Shown in pieces: positions 44,228-53,602 of a stretch of DNA of 55,744 nt (position 1 is its first letter; the number at the start of each line of letters is the position of its first letter). Origin of the DNA: a virus (Duplodnaviria; Caudoviricetes); the IMG/VR virus record IMGVR_UViG_3300033076_001147, positions 1 through 55,744 of that record; one strand, written 5' to 3'. Both the position numbers and the translations under genes were made by a program. Under the pieces are notes generated by a model. It saw nothing but the letters and a program-made list of their open reading frames with translations. It made no database searches and had not been told where the DNA came from.

Positions 44228-45127
44228 ATGAGCACCAACGAAATCCTCGCCGACGTCGAAGCCCTCTACAAGGAGGACAAGGCCGCCTCCCTCGCCAAGA
44301 AGGCCGAGGCCAAGGCCGCCGGCCGGGCGGCCGCCAAAGCCGCCAAGGACCTCTACAGCAAGGCCAACGAGACGGCCGCCAAGATGGCGACCGCGGCCCC
44401 GTCCGCGGTCGGCGAGGAGGTTGTCCTCGCCGACATGAGCGCCTCCGGCCAGGAGGGCGTTGACGCCGGCATCCTGCAGCCGCTCCCGGCCGAGCCCGGA
44501 CCTCAGGCCGGGGCCGAGGCGAAGGCTGATGCCGAGGCCGAGGCGCGCGCCTCGGCCAAGGGCAAGACGACGGCCCAGGCCCGCAAGGCCTACAAGGCGA
44601 CGTTCGGGACTGACGCCCCGAAGGGCGTCGTGGACCCGGTTACGCTGTACCGCGCCATCAACCTCGGCAAGGCCATCACGGCCGAGCCGAAGGCCGAGCC
44701 GAAGGCCGAGCCGAAGGCCGCATCCGGCTCGGCCTGGATGCCTGTCGACGGCCTCGCCTGCGAGGCGGCCCTCCTCCACCACTTCCCGACGCCGTCGTCC
44801 TACAACGACGACAGCACGCCCATGTCTTGGACGCGGCGCCTGGCGAAGGAGATCATCAAGGCGAGCCTCGCTGGCAAGCCGGCCAGCAAGGCCGAGCTTG
44901 TCGCGGCCATGAAGGCCGCCGGCTACTCCGGCAGCATCGACTCCAAGCTGGAGCGCCTCGGCCGGGCGCCCAAGGCGGCCGCGCCCAAGCCGGCCGGGAC
45001 GGCAACCAAGCCCGGCCCGGTCGACGCTTTCCGCGAGTACCTGGGGACCCTGAGCCTCGACACGGCGCTGGCTGTCCTCGGTGTCCTCGTCGAGGAGTAC
45101 GAGCACAAGAAGAAGACTGCCGCCTAA
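44228..45127 (+). CDS. Ala/Lys-rich hypothetical protein
   Basis: AAAGGA RBS, AEPK repeats, strong codon bias. Confidence 0.7.
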   Translation: MSTNEILADVEALYKEDKAASLAKKAEAKAAGRAAAKAAKDLYSKANETAAKMATAAPSAVGEEVVLADMSASGQEGVDAGILQPLPAEPGPQAGAEAKADAEAEARASAKGKTTAQARKAYKATFGTDAPKGVVDPVTLYRAINLGKAITAEPKAEPKAEPKAASGSAWMPVDGLACEAALLHHFPTPSSYNDDSTPMSWTRRLAKEIIKASLAGKPASKAELVAAMKAAGYSGSIDSKLERLGRAPKAAAPKPAGTATKPGPVDAFREYLGTLSLDTALAVLGVLVEEYEHKKKTAA

Positions 45128-45234
45128 CCCGCATCCCCGCCCTGGAGGGCTTGTATCCAGGGAGCCCCCGGGGGCTCGACCGACGTCGAGCCCTCAGGCG
45201 CAAACGCAGGGCAAAGCCCCTGCAGGAGGAAGCC

Positions 45235-45603
45235 ATGTTCGAGAGCCCGAAAGCCGGCGAGACTTGCCGAATCGTAACGCGCTCCCAGGCCACCTGGGAG
45301 TCCGACGTTGTCCTTGTCGAGGACGTTCGCGAGCTGGACGACGGCTCGACGCTGGTCGAGGGCCTGGTCCTCGACCCGCTCAGCACGCCCGTGGCGGGAC
45401 AGTTCCGCTCGGGCTGGCTCATGGCAACGGCCGCTCGGCCGTTCGGCCTCGTCTCATCCCGGCTCGTGAAGCCGACCGAGGCGCGAGGCCACGCGCTCGT
45501 CACGCTCCTGGGAGCCGTTCCGGCGGCCGTCACCGGCACTGGGTGCGTCGCCGGCATCCGCGACATCCTGGCGACCGCAACCGAGAAGGGGGTCGAGCTG
45601 TGA
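45235..45603 (+). CDS. hypothetical protein
   Basis: AGGAGG RBS. Confidence 0.6.
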   Translation: MFESPKAGETCRIVTRSQATWESDVVLVEDVRELDDGSTLVEGLVLDPLSTPVAGQFRSGWLMATAARPFGLVSSRLVKPTEARGHALVTLLGAVPAAVTGTGCVAGIRDILATATEKGVEL

Positions 45604-45776
45604 ACACGTTCGACGCCATGAAGGCCGCCGAGGCGGCCCTGGACGAGGCCCTCCTCCGGTACGAGGAGGCGCTCAAGACCGGCAAGGACATCGCGACGGC
45701 GCAAGCCGCCGCGCTCCGAGCCATCGACGAGGACGAGGAGGCCATGCGCGCCTTCCTCAAGGAGCGATCGCAATGA
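45600..45776 (+). CDS. small helical protein
   Basis: Coupled at both ends. Confidence 0.55.
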   Translation: MNTFDAMKAAEAALDEALLRYEEALKTGKDIATAQAAALRAIDEDEEAMRAFLKERSQ

Positions 45777-46699
45777 GCGCGAACATCACCGGCGCCATCG
45801 CCGGCCGGCACCTCGGCTCCATCTTCTGGTGGAAGCTGCCCAAGGCCCCTGTCCCTCACCAGCGTGTGTCGTCGTTCCTGTCGTCGCAGGCAACCACCCA
45901 TCACGACCGGCTGCTCAACATGCTGCCTGCCGCGCCCGAGCCGCGCGTGGTGTTCGGGCGAGCGGCCAAGGTGCTGAAGGAGGGCGGAAAGCTCGACAGC
46001 CGCAAGATCGTTGACACGGACGACGAGGTCGGCTTCGCAATCGCGGAGCCCCTGGTTGTGGGCCGGGGCGTGAGCTACCGGCACACCGCCGACGTCACCT
46101 GGGCGCGCTCGCCGAGCGGTGGCCCTGGCTCCGTCTCCGCGACGGCCTGGACGAAGGGCGCGACGGCTCTACTCACAGAGTTCAACGCCGGGCTGGACGC
46201 GCTCGGCGGCCCGGAGCTGACGGAGCTGTGCAGCTCCGTCGCTAAGAAGGTCGGAGCCATCCCGCTCCGGCCGAGCGGGGGCGTGTACTGGCTGCCGAGC
46301 AGCTCCCCCGGCTTCATTCTCCTGCATGGCCTGGGCGACATCTTCGCCCTCGCCAAGAACGACGGGGCGCGCCTGAGCATCACGCCGCAGTTCGCGACTC
46401 CCGACGCGGAGCAGGCGCTCGGCTCGGCCGCCAAGGACGCGGTCCTCGGCGAGCTTGTCGAGGTCGCTGCCGAGATCAAGGGGTTCACGGCGACGACGCG
46501 CGACCTCACCATCGACGCGCGACTGGAGAAGCTGCGCGACCTCAAGACGCGCGCCGACTTCGCGGCCGAGCTACTCCGCGAGTCGGCCGAGTCCATTCAC
46601 GCGGCCATCCAGCCGCTCCAGAAGGCCCTCATGGCCCAGCTGCTCGGGCAGGACCCGGGCTTCGACACCATCGACATCGACACCTTCACCAGCCTCTGA
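45773..46699 (+). CDS. DUF6744/DUF3150-like MoxR-vWA-associated protein
   Basis: LGSIFWW start, LRPSGGVYW, coiled-coil C-terminus; precedes the AAA gene. Confidence 0.55.
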   Translation: MSANITGAIAGRHLGSIFWWKLPKAPVPHQRVSSFLSSQATTHHDRLLNMLPAAPEPRVVFGRAAKVLKEGGKLDSRKIVDTDDEVGFAIAEPLVVGRGVSYRHTADVTWARSPSGGPGSVSATAWTKGATALLTEFNAGLDALGGPELTELCSSVAKKVGAIPLRPSGGVYWLPSSSPGFILLHGLGDIFALAKNDGARLSITPQFATPDAEQALGSAAKDAVLGELVEVAAEIKGFTATTRDLTIDARLEKLRDLKTRADFAAELLRESAESIHAAIQPLQKALMAQLLGQDPGFDTIDIDTFTSL

Positions 46700-46733
46700 G
46701 ACGGCGCGCAACCCGCGCCCAAAGGAACAGACC

Positions 46734-47891
46734 ATGACCGTCCTAACCAAGTTCATCGCCCTGGCCGATCACCTCAAGTCGCAATTCGTCGACCGCGATG
46801 CCATCATCGACGCGTCGCTGGCGGCCATCGCGAGCGGCCAGCACGTCCTGCTCCTCGGCGAGCCCGGCACCGGCAAGTCGGCGCTGGTCAACGCCATCTG
46901 CTCGTCCATCGACGGCGCCAGCTACTTCGGCTGGCTCCTGACCAAGGCGAGCCCGCCCGAGGAGCTGCTGGGGCCGCTCAGCCTCAGGGGGCTGGAGAAC
47001 GACGAGTACCGCCGCGTGACGGCGGCCAAGCTCCCCGAGGCGCACGTCGCCTTCCTCGACGAGATCTGGAAGGCCAACAGCACCGTTCTGAACGCGCTCT
47101 TGTCCATCCTCAACGAGCGCACGTTCTACAACGGGGCGACGCCCCAGAAGTGCCCGCTGGTCGCTGCCTTCGGGGCCTCGAACGAGTACCCGACCGACAC
47201 CGAGCTGGCGGCCCTCTACGACCGCTTCCTGGTACGGTTCTGGGTCGAGCGCCTCGACCCCGCCGGGCTCGTCGCCATGCTCGGCAAGCCCGAGCCGCGC
47301 CCGCTCCCCGGGGCGCTCACCCTCGCCGACATCGAGACGGCGCGACGCGAAGTCGCGGCCGTGAAGCTCTCCCAGGCCGGACTCGACCTCATGGCGAGTT
47401 GTAAGAGCGCGGCCGACGGGGCTGGCTTCAGCGCCAGCGACCGGCGCTGGCGCCAGATCGCCCGCTACCTGCGCGCCGTTGCGTGGTACGGGGGCGAGGC
47501 CGAGGTCAGCGACGCCACGCTCATGGCGCTCAAGGACGTGCTCTGGCGGGAGCACAAGGAGCGGCCGGCCGTCATGACGACCATCGGCAAGCTCGCCAGC
47601 CCCATCCTGACGGAAGCGCTGGAGATCGCCGACACCGTCAAGGCGGTCGTCAAGGAGTCCAGCCGTCAGGCCGGCGAGGCCGACGTCGCCTACACGACGC
47701 GCCTGGCCAAGGCCAGCTCCGACGTTCAGCGTGCGGTCGCCCGGCTCCGGGCACTCAACGTGGCGGGCTCCCCCTCCGCGGCTGCCAAGGTCAACGCGTT
47801 CATCGCGGAGGCCCAGAAGCAGCACAAGGTGCTCGCTCGCGAGGCGCTTCGGCTGTCTGGCCTCGACACCGCCTCCCTCATGGGAGGCTGA
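46734..47891 (+). CDS. MoxR/RavA-like AAA+ ATPase
   Basis: GEPGTGKS, FLDEIWKANS..LNALL..LNER, ASNE, ALYDRF, SDRRW. Confidence 0.92.
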   Translation: MTVLTKFIALADHLKSQFVDRDAIIDASLAAIASGQHVLLLGEPGTGKSALVNAICSSIDGASYFGWLLTKASPPEELLGPLSLRGLENDEYRRVTAAKLPEAHVAFLDEIWKANSTVLNALLSILNERTFYNGATPQKCPLVAAFGASNEYPTDTELAALYDRFLVRFWVERLDPAGLVAMLGKPEPRPLPGALTLADIETARREVAAVKLSQAGLDLMASCKSAADGAGFSASDRRWRQIARYLRAVAWYGGEAEVSDATLMALKDVLWREHKERPAVMTTIGKLASPILTEALEIADTVKAVVKESSRQAGEADVAYTTRLAKASSDVQRAVARLRALNVAGSPSAAAKVNAFIAEAQKQHKVLAREALRLSGLDTASLMGG

Positions 47892-47893
47892 CC

Positions 47894-48088
47894 GTGACAC
47901 CGAAGCAACTACTGCTGGAGGCCGCCCTGCTCGTTGAGCGGGCGGCCGGGACGCTGGACTCATCGGAGCACCGCTGCCCGACGTGCTCCGGTCGACGGTT
48001 CAACGACTTCGAGGCCGCCAAGCTCGCTCGCGAGCTGGACACCATCATCAACAGGCTCCGCAAGGGAGCCTCGGAGCTGAAGCGATGA
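47894..48088 (+). CDS. small CxxC protein
   Basis: GGAGG RBS, CPTC, coupled to the vWA gene. Confidence 0.55.
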   Translation: MTPKQLLLEAALLVERAAGTLDSSEHRCPTCSGRRFNDFEAAKLARELDTIINRLRKGASELKR

Positions 48089-49623
48089 CAGACGCCAACA
48101 TCATAGTCGAGCGCACCGACGTCGCCGACGTCACCGCGCTCGCCGAGCGCGTGGGGGCTGACCTCGCGGCCCTGCTCCCTCGGGCAGAGGCCGCGACCGC
48201 CCTTCCGGACGGCACGCGCGCTCTCGGGGCGTGGGAGCGCCTCCTAGCAAAGGGCGCTGAGAAGCGCCTGGACTGGAAGGCGTCGGCCGACCGCGAGGAG
48301 GGCCGGGCCGGCGTGTCGCAGATGCGACATGAGACCTTCGGGCGCCTGTATGGCGACCCGAAGGAGCACGCCGCTGTGAAGCGGGAGCACCGCTGGATGA
48401 AGCGCGTCCACGAGGCGCTCGACCAGATCCCCGACTTCGAGGCTCTCCGCGCGCGGACCCACGGCGACGAACTGTGGTCCGAGATGGCCGTCAAGGCCAT
48501 GTACGAGGCGGCCATGAAGGCGCTCCCCGACGCGACCGAGCGCGAGAAGCGAGCGGCCGAGGCGAGGGCGCGCGTGGAGGGCCTTGCCGGCATGGCTAGC
48601 CTGGGCATCCCTTGCACCGGCGATGACCTCGGCGAGGCGCTGGCCGAGCTGGAGGCGCTCGACGAGGAGGAGACGGCCGAGGAGGACAACGCCGCGCTGC
48701 GGGCGGCCCTCCGCAAGGCCATCGGCGAGGTCACGCAGGACATCGACGCCACGGCAGACGCCCTGGCGATGTTCCAGGGGGCTGGCGGCAAGGGGGCCGG
48801 CGCGCAGGAGAAGGACATGCGCGACCCGGCCAAGCGGGCCGCGCTGGCCAAGCGGCTCAAGGGATCGCGCGACCTCAAGGCCATCATGGCCGAGGCCGGT
48901 CGTCTCCGTCGCATCATCGCCGCCAAGCGGGCAATGCGAGCGAGCCACGCCCCCGAGGAGCTGTGCGACATCGAGCTGGGCGGCGACATCGAACGACTGC
49001 TCCCCGCCGAGCTAAGCCGCATGGCTCACCCGCTGCTCAAGCTCGACACCTACCGCCGCATCATGGAGCGGTCGGCGCTCCAGAGCCGGCTCCGTGGGCG
49101 TGAGAAGCAGGGGCGCGGCCCCATCGTCGTCTGCGTGGACGAGAGCGGCTCGATGAACGGGGCTCGTAACACATGGGCGAAGGGGCTGGCGCTCGCACTC
49201 ATGGACCTCGCCGGGGCCGACGGCCGAGGCTTCGCCCTGGTCGCATTCGACGCCAGCGTGCAAAGCGTGTACGTCCGGAAGGCCAAGGAGCCGCATGACC
49301 CGGCCAAACTCATCGACGTCGTGGCGACGTTCTCCGGTGGCGGGACAGCTTTCGAGCCGCCGCTCAAGAAGGCGCGCCAGCTCATCGAGCGCGAGGGCCT
49401 TGAGAAGGCGGACATCATGTTCGTCACCGACGGCGAGGCATACATCGGCGACACCTTCGCCGACGAGTTCACGGCGTGGCGGGAGGCGAACGGCGTTAGC
49501 GTGTACGGATTCCCCATCGGGACCGAGGTCAGCACGCTCAAGCGGTTCTGCACGACGATCGTGAAGCTGTCCGAGGCCGGCCAGGACGACGGAGGCGTTA
49601 CGGACGCCGTCGCCTCCATCTGA
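48085..49623 (+). CDS. vWA (ViaA-like) domain protein
   Basis: DIERLLPAEL, GPIVVCVDESGSM (MIDAS), GGTAF, FVTDG. Confidence 0.9.
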   Translation: MTDANIIVERTDVADVTALAERVGADLAALLPRAEAATALPDGTRALGAWERLLAKGAEKRLDWKASADREEGRAGVSQMRHETFGRLYGDPKEHAAVKREHRWMKRVHEALDQIPDFEALRARTHGDELWSEMAVKAMYEAAMKALPDATEREKRAAEARARVEGLAGMASLGIPCTGDDLGEALAELEALDEEETAEEDNAALRAALRKAIGEVTQDIDATADALAMFQGAGGKGAGAQEKDMRDPAKRAALAKRLKGSRDLKAIMAEAGRLRRIIAAKRAMRASHAPEELCDIELGGDIERLLPAELSRMAHPLLKLDTYRRIMERSALQSRLRGREKQGRGPIVVCVDESGSMNGARNTWAKGLALALMDLAGADGRGFALVAFDASVQSVYVRKAKEPHDPAKLIDVVATFSGGGTAFEPPLKKARQLIEREGLEKADIMFVTDGEAYIGDTFADEFTAWREANGVSVYGFPIGTEVSTLKRFCTTIVKLSEAGQDDGGVTDAVASI

Positions 49624-49704
49624 GCGCATCCGTGGCACCCATGGGACAGCGCATCCGCGCAACCAGGGGAGCTTCGGTCGCCATTGCTACCGCGGCGTCA
49701 AGCG

Positions 49705-49846
49705 GGCAGCACGACAAGTGCCGGCCGGGTGAAAGGCCCGGGCAGCGCGGCAGCGCGCCATCTGGCTGCGAGGGCCAAACCGCAACCTGCGAAGCGTCAG
49801 AGCAGCGGCAGCACGCCAAGTGCCGGCCGGGGTGAGAAGCCCCGGC
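49705..49846 (+). repeat. duplicated ~40-nt two-hairpin RNA motif
   Basis: GGCAGCACG(A/C)CAAGTGCCGGCCGGG(G)TGA.A.GCCC(C)GG at 49705-49743 and 49807-49846. Confidence 0.7.
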
Positions 49847-49931
49847 ACCCTACTCAGATTCGCGAAGGGTTCGTGGCCGAGCCCTTCGCCTTCTCAACAC
49901 AAGGCGCCAAGGGCGCCAGGGAGGAAGGGCC

Positions 49932-50195
49932 GTGAAACAGCGGTTTGAGTTCCGGTGCGCCCAGCTCGGCGTTACCGCGGCACAGGTTGCCGAGCATGCG
50001 GGGCTCACGCCCTCGCAGGTGTCCAGCATCATCAACAGCAAGACGGACCCTCGCGTCAGCACGCTCACCCAGCTTGCCGACGCGCTCGGCGTCACCATCG
50101 CGTGGCTGTGCGGCCCGGCCGACGCGCCTGCCGTCTGGCAGCGCGAGGCGCTGGACATGATGCCGCCCGAGTGGACGCCCGGAGGCCGGCGATGA
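49932..50195 (+). CDS. XRE-family HTH regulator
   Basis: VAEHAGLTPSQVSSIIN..TDPRVSTL..LADALGVTIAWL. Confidence 0.88.
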   Translation: MKQRFEFRCAQLGVTAAQVAEHAGLTPSQVSSIINSKTDPRVSTLTQLADALGVTIAWLCGPADAPAVWQREALDMMPPEWTPGGRR

Positions 50196-51435
50196 TCCAG
50201 GCCACCGTCATCGAAGTCGACAAGGCAGGACTCACGAAGTCGGTCGCTAACTGGGGCCTCCTGCCGCCCCAGAGCAAGAAGCAGCTCGCCGAGGCCGGGC
50301 GGACAGCTCGCGACGAGTTGAGCGCGTCGTCGCTTATGCTCCAGCTCAAGTGCGAGAGGCGATGGGCCTACCAGAAGCTCGACGGGCTCCAGCCGCCGAT
50401 GCTTGGTCGGAGCGGCCAGATCGGCAGCATCGGGCACCGCATCCTGGCCCACGCCTACGCGGAAGCCTTCAAGGCCAAGGCTGACGGGGAGTTCGCCGAC
50501 ACCGACAGCATCGTCGATGCCGCCGTCGGCGCCGCCGTCGACGCCGCTAGCGCCATCTCCCAGGAGGACGAGTCGCGGGAGCGAGCTTTCGCCATCGCAA
50601 CCGGGGCTAAGCTCGACGAGGACAACCTGAGCGAGGTGAATGTGGCGTTCTCCGGGGCCGCCGGTGCGCTCCGGAAGTACCTTCCGACGGAGCTCAAGCA
50701 CTACGACTTGCTCGGAGTGGAGATGCCGTTCCGGCACTTCATCCCTGGCATCGCCGGGGTTGCGCACAAGGCGGTCATCGACCTCGTGCTCATCGACCGC
50801 GCGAGACGACGCATCCTCGTCATCGACCACAAGTTCGTCGGTGGCCGGGCAACGTCGGAGGCGCACACCAGCCGGTTCGATTTCGACCCCCAACGACGGG
50901 CGTACCAGTGGCACCTGGAGCGCGCGGCGCCTGGGTACACGGTCGACTTCGCCTACAACGTCATCCGGGCCAAAATCCCGGCCGACGTGGCGATCGCAAA
51001 GTGCTGCACCAAGACGGCCTGCACACTGTGCGGCGGCAAGGGGACACGGCTCTCTAAGTCCCCGATGGACACCACCATCGCAAAGCTCCAGACCTTCCTC
51101 CAGAGCAACCCGCATCTGGAGCACACCGAGCGCGCTCAGGAGCTGCTCAAGGACCTCAGGGCCGCGGACGACTACTGGTCGCGGTGCTACATGAGCCCGC
51201 CGCCGAGCCTCATCAACGGCTGGCTCGACGAGGTCCGAGACGCCGTTCGGAACCGGCGCTCGAAGGCGCGGACCGGGCGCTGGGTCAAGAACCGCTCCCA
51301 GTGCTCGACAGTCTACGGGCTGTGTCCGAGGACACTCCCGAGGCGCGCGCGCCGTTCCTGAGGAACGCCGTCGAGGCCGTCGCCGAGGAGCCCAACGACA
51401 GCCCGGCCGGCGACGACTTCGCCGCGCCGTTCTAG
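50192..51435 (+). CDS. PD-(D/E)XK Cas4/RecB-like exonuclease; C-terminus frameshifted near 51328
   Basis: LSASS...C.RRWAY, GSIGH, VE, IDLV, IDHK, Q...Y. The main frame stops at 51361; the coding-like -1 frame ends at 51435. Confidence 0.78.
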
Positions 51436-51444
51436 GAGGAAGCC

Positions 51445-51717
51445 ATGTACGGCAACCGAGACGACGAGTGTGACTGCGCGCCTGTCGAGACGCGCATCAT
51501 CTACAGGCGGCAGCGACCCATTACGGCCGCCGAAGCCGTGCGACTCAGGCCGACGATGCCGATACCCGAACTGTTCGATGCCATCGTTCGCGATGGCGCC
51601 CTCACAGTCGGCGAGGACCCTGTCGTGCAGACCTACAGGCGCGTCAACGAGTTCCGCGTCAACGTACTGTCCGAGCGGCCGGCAACGTCGGAGGATGTGC
51701 GCAGATGGGGCTCGTGA
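51445..51717 (+). CDS. hypothetical protein
   Basis: AGGAGG RBS. Confidence 0.6.
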   Translation: MYGNRDDECDCAPVETRIIYRRQRPITAAEAVRLRPTMPIPELFDAIVRDGALTVGEDPVVQTYRRVNEFRVNVLSERPATSEDVRRWGS

Positions 51718-52058
51718 CGCGAGACGGCTACCCAATCGCCGCCAACAAAGTGCCGTGCCGCGCCTGCCCCTGGCGCAGGGAGCAGGGCGGCCGGCACGAC
51801 GACAGCCTACCGAGCGCCCTCTTGGAGGGTGTTTCGTGGGGTTGTCACACCTCTGGCGTTACTCCGTCAGGGGACGCACTGCGCATCTGCGCCGGCTGGC
51901 TATGTTCCGAGGACGCGAAGTCGGAACGCATCGTCAGGTTCGCTAGAGACAACGGGTGGATCCCAAACCAAGACGAGCAGCGACAGCACGCCCGAGAGGC
52001 CGGCATCGAGCTGTTCACAGACTACCGAGCCGTCCTGGCTCGCAAGGAGAGTCCATGA
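51705..52058 (+). CDS. DUF6283-like Cys/His protein
   Basis: PCRACPWRR...GCH...RICAGW. Confidence 0.6.
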   Translation: MGLVTRDGYPIAANKVPCRACPWRREQGGRHDDSLPSALLEGVSWGCHTSGVTPSGDALRICAGWLCSEDAKSERIVRFARDNGWIPNQDEQRQHAREAGIELFTDYRAVLARKESP

Positions 52059-53044
52059 AAGTGTCCAGAGGAGGAGATCAGGCCGCCACCGTACACCTCA
52101 AGGTGGCGGTCTACGGCCCGAGCGGCGCCGGTAAGAGCACGCTGGGCGCGACGGCCTACGTCAGCGACCCCAAGACCGTCGCCATCATCTGCGCCGAGAA
52201 GCAGGCCAAGGCCATCATCAACCTCTGGAACCCGGAGGCCCTGGTTCTCGATGTCGACAGCGTGTCCGACATCCAGCAGGCGTACAGCCTGCTCAAGCGA
52301 GGGTTCGCGACCGGCACGCTGTGGCTGCCGGACGCCAACGGCAACTGGATCGACACGGCTGAGCCGTTCGTCACCGAGACGGTGGTCATCGACAGCGCGT
52401 CGGACATCTTCCGGACGCTCAAGGGCGATCAGCTCGCCATCGAGCGGGACGCAGCCGAGCGGCGCGCCCGCGCCCGCAAGGGCAGCGGCGACGTCGTTGT
52501 GGAGGACGACTTGGGACAGCACGGATGGGACGTGCTCCAGCGCCGGTTCATGGACGCGATGCGCGCGTTCCGCGACCTCCCGTGCAACCTCCTGGCCCTC
52601 TGGGCGCAGGACGAGCGCGACGAGAACCGAGAGACGACGTATCGCCCGTTCATCCAGGGACGCGACCTCAAGTCCAACCTGCCGGGGCTGTTCAATGCGG
52701 TCGGCTACCTGAGCCGCGTTTCGTTCCCGAACGCGGAGGGCGGGCCGCCGACCATCAAGCGGCTCGTCTCGTTCGCCCTCGACGAGCGGTTCACGACGAA
52801 GGCTCTCGACGGGCTCGACGGCTCCGAGCCGCCGAGCTTCCGCGCGTGGCGGGCAAAGTTCCTCGACCACTGCGCGAAGGTCGCCGCTCGCCGGGCAGCC
52901 CTCCGCGCCGAGGCCACCGAGAAGCAGGCCGCGCATGAGGAGGCCGCCCGAGCGGCGGCCAACGAGGCCGCCGGCCCCGCCGAGACCAATCACAAGGCCG
53001 GACAGCCGGCCGAACAGGGCGAGAAGCCCACCCAGGAGACCTGA
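52055..53044 (+). CDS. AAA_24/Sak4-like ATPase (recombinase)
   Basis: VYGPSGAGKS, TVVIDS; lies between the exonuclease and SSB. Confidence 0.8.
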   Translation: MKVSRGGDQAATVHLKVAVYGPSGAGKSTLGATAYVSDPKTVAIICAEKQAKAIINLWNPEALVLDVDSVSDIQQAYSLLKRGFATGTLWLPDANGNWIDTAEPFVTETVVIDSASDIFRTLKGDQLAIERDAAERRARARKGSGDVVVEDDLGQHGWDVLQRRFMDAMRAFRDLPCNLLALWAQDERDENRETTYRPFIQGRDLKSNLPGLFNAVGYLSRVSFPNAEGGPPTIKRLVSFALDERFTTKALDGLDGSEPPSFRAWRAKFLDHCAKVAARRAALRAEATEKQAAHEEAARAAANEAAGPAETNHKAGQPAEQGEKPTQET

Positions 53045-53047
53045 CCC

Positions 53048-53578
53048 ATGAAGTTCGACCCCAACGCCATCCCCAGCAACCTCCCCGCGCTCGGCCCCAC
53101 GGTCGCGCGCATCACCGCGCTCAAGCACGGCACGTCCAAGAACAACGGCTCGGACTACTGGCGCCTCACCTGGGACCCGCTCGGCCAGTACGACACCAAA
53201 ACCGGAGCCGTGCTGCCGTACACGGGCGACGTCGACCCGGCTGAAGGCATCCTGTCGTTCAGCCCGGCGGCGCTGGCCGGCACGGGTCGCTCCTTCTTCG
53301 GCCTCCGCGTGACGGAGGCGATGGACAGCGAGGACGAGCGCGCGGCCCAGGACATGTTCGTCGGGCGCGTCGCCATCGTCGAGATCAAGCACGAGGAGTA
53401 CAACGGCTCGACCCGCGCCAAGGCCGACAACATCAAGGTGGCCCCGCCGGCCGTCCTGTCGCAGTTCCCGGACCGGGTCAAGCCTGGCGCGGCCGCGGGC
53501 GACGGCGGATACCGGGCACCGCCGAACAACGGTGCGGGCCCGACGTCGACGTTCACCGACGACGACATCCCGTTCTGA
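53048..53578 (+). CDS. single-stranded DNA-binding protein
   Basis: IKHEEYNG motif and acidic DDDIPF tail. Confidence 0.78.
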   Translation: MKFDPNAIPSNLPALGPTVARITALKHGTSKNNGSDYWRLTWDPLGQYDTKTGAVLPYTGDVDPAEGILSFSPAALAGTGRSFFGLRVTEAMDSEDERAAQDMFVGRVAIVEIKHEEYNGSTRAKADNIKVAPPAVLSQFPDRVKPGAAAGDGGYRAPPNNGAGPTSTFTDDDIPF

Positions 53579-53602
53579 CCTTTCAGCCGGAGGACACCTG
53601 CC

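Noticed and set aside
44680-44720. 12-bp tandem repeat GCCGAGCCGAAG
   Set aside because: Simply encodes an AEPK linker.
11694-45210. Exact 13-mer GCGCAAACGCAGG at 11694 and 45198
   Set aside because: Repeats of this length are expected by chance in 55 kb of high-GC DNA.
45128-45234. c-di-GMP riboswitch or twister-sister ribozyme (GCAAA-containing hairpins)
   Set aside because: Three simple hairpins only; the required consensus elements could not be placed.
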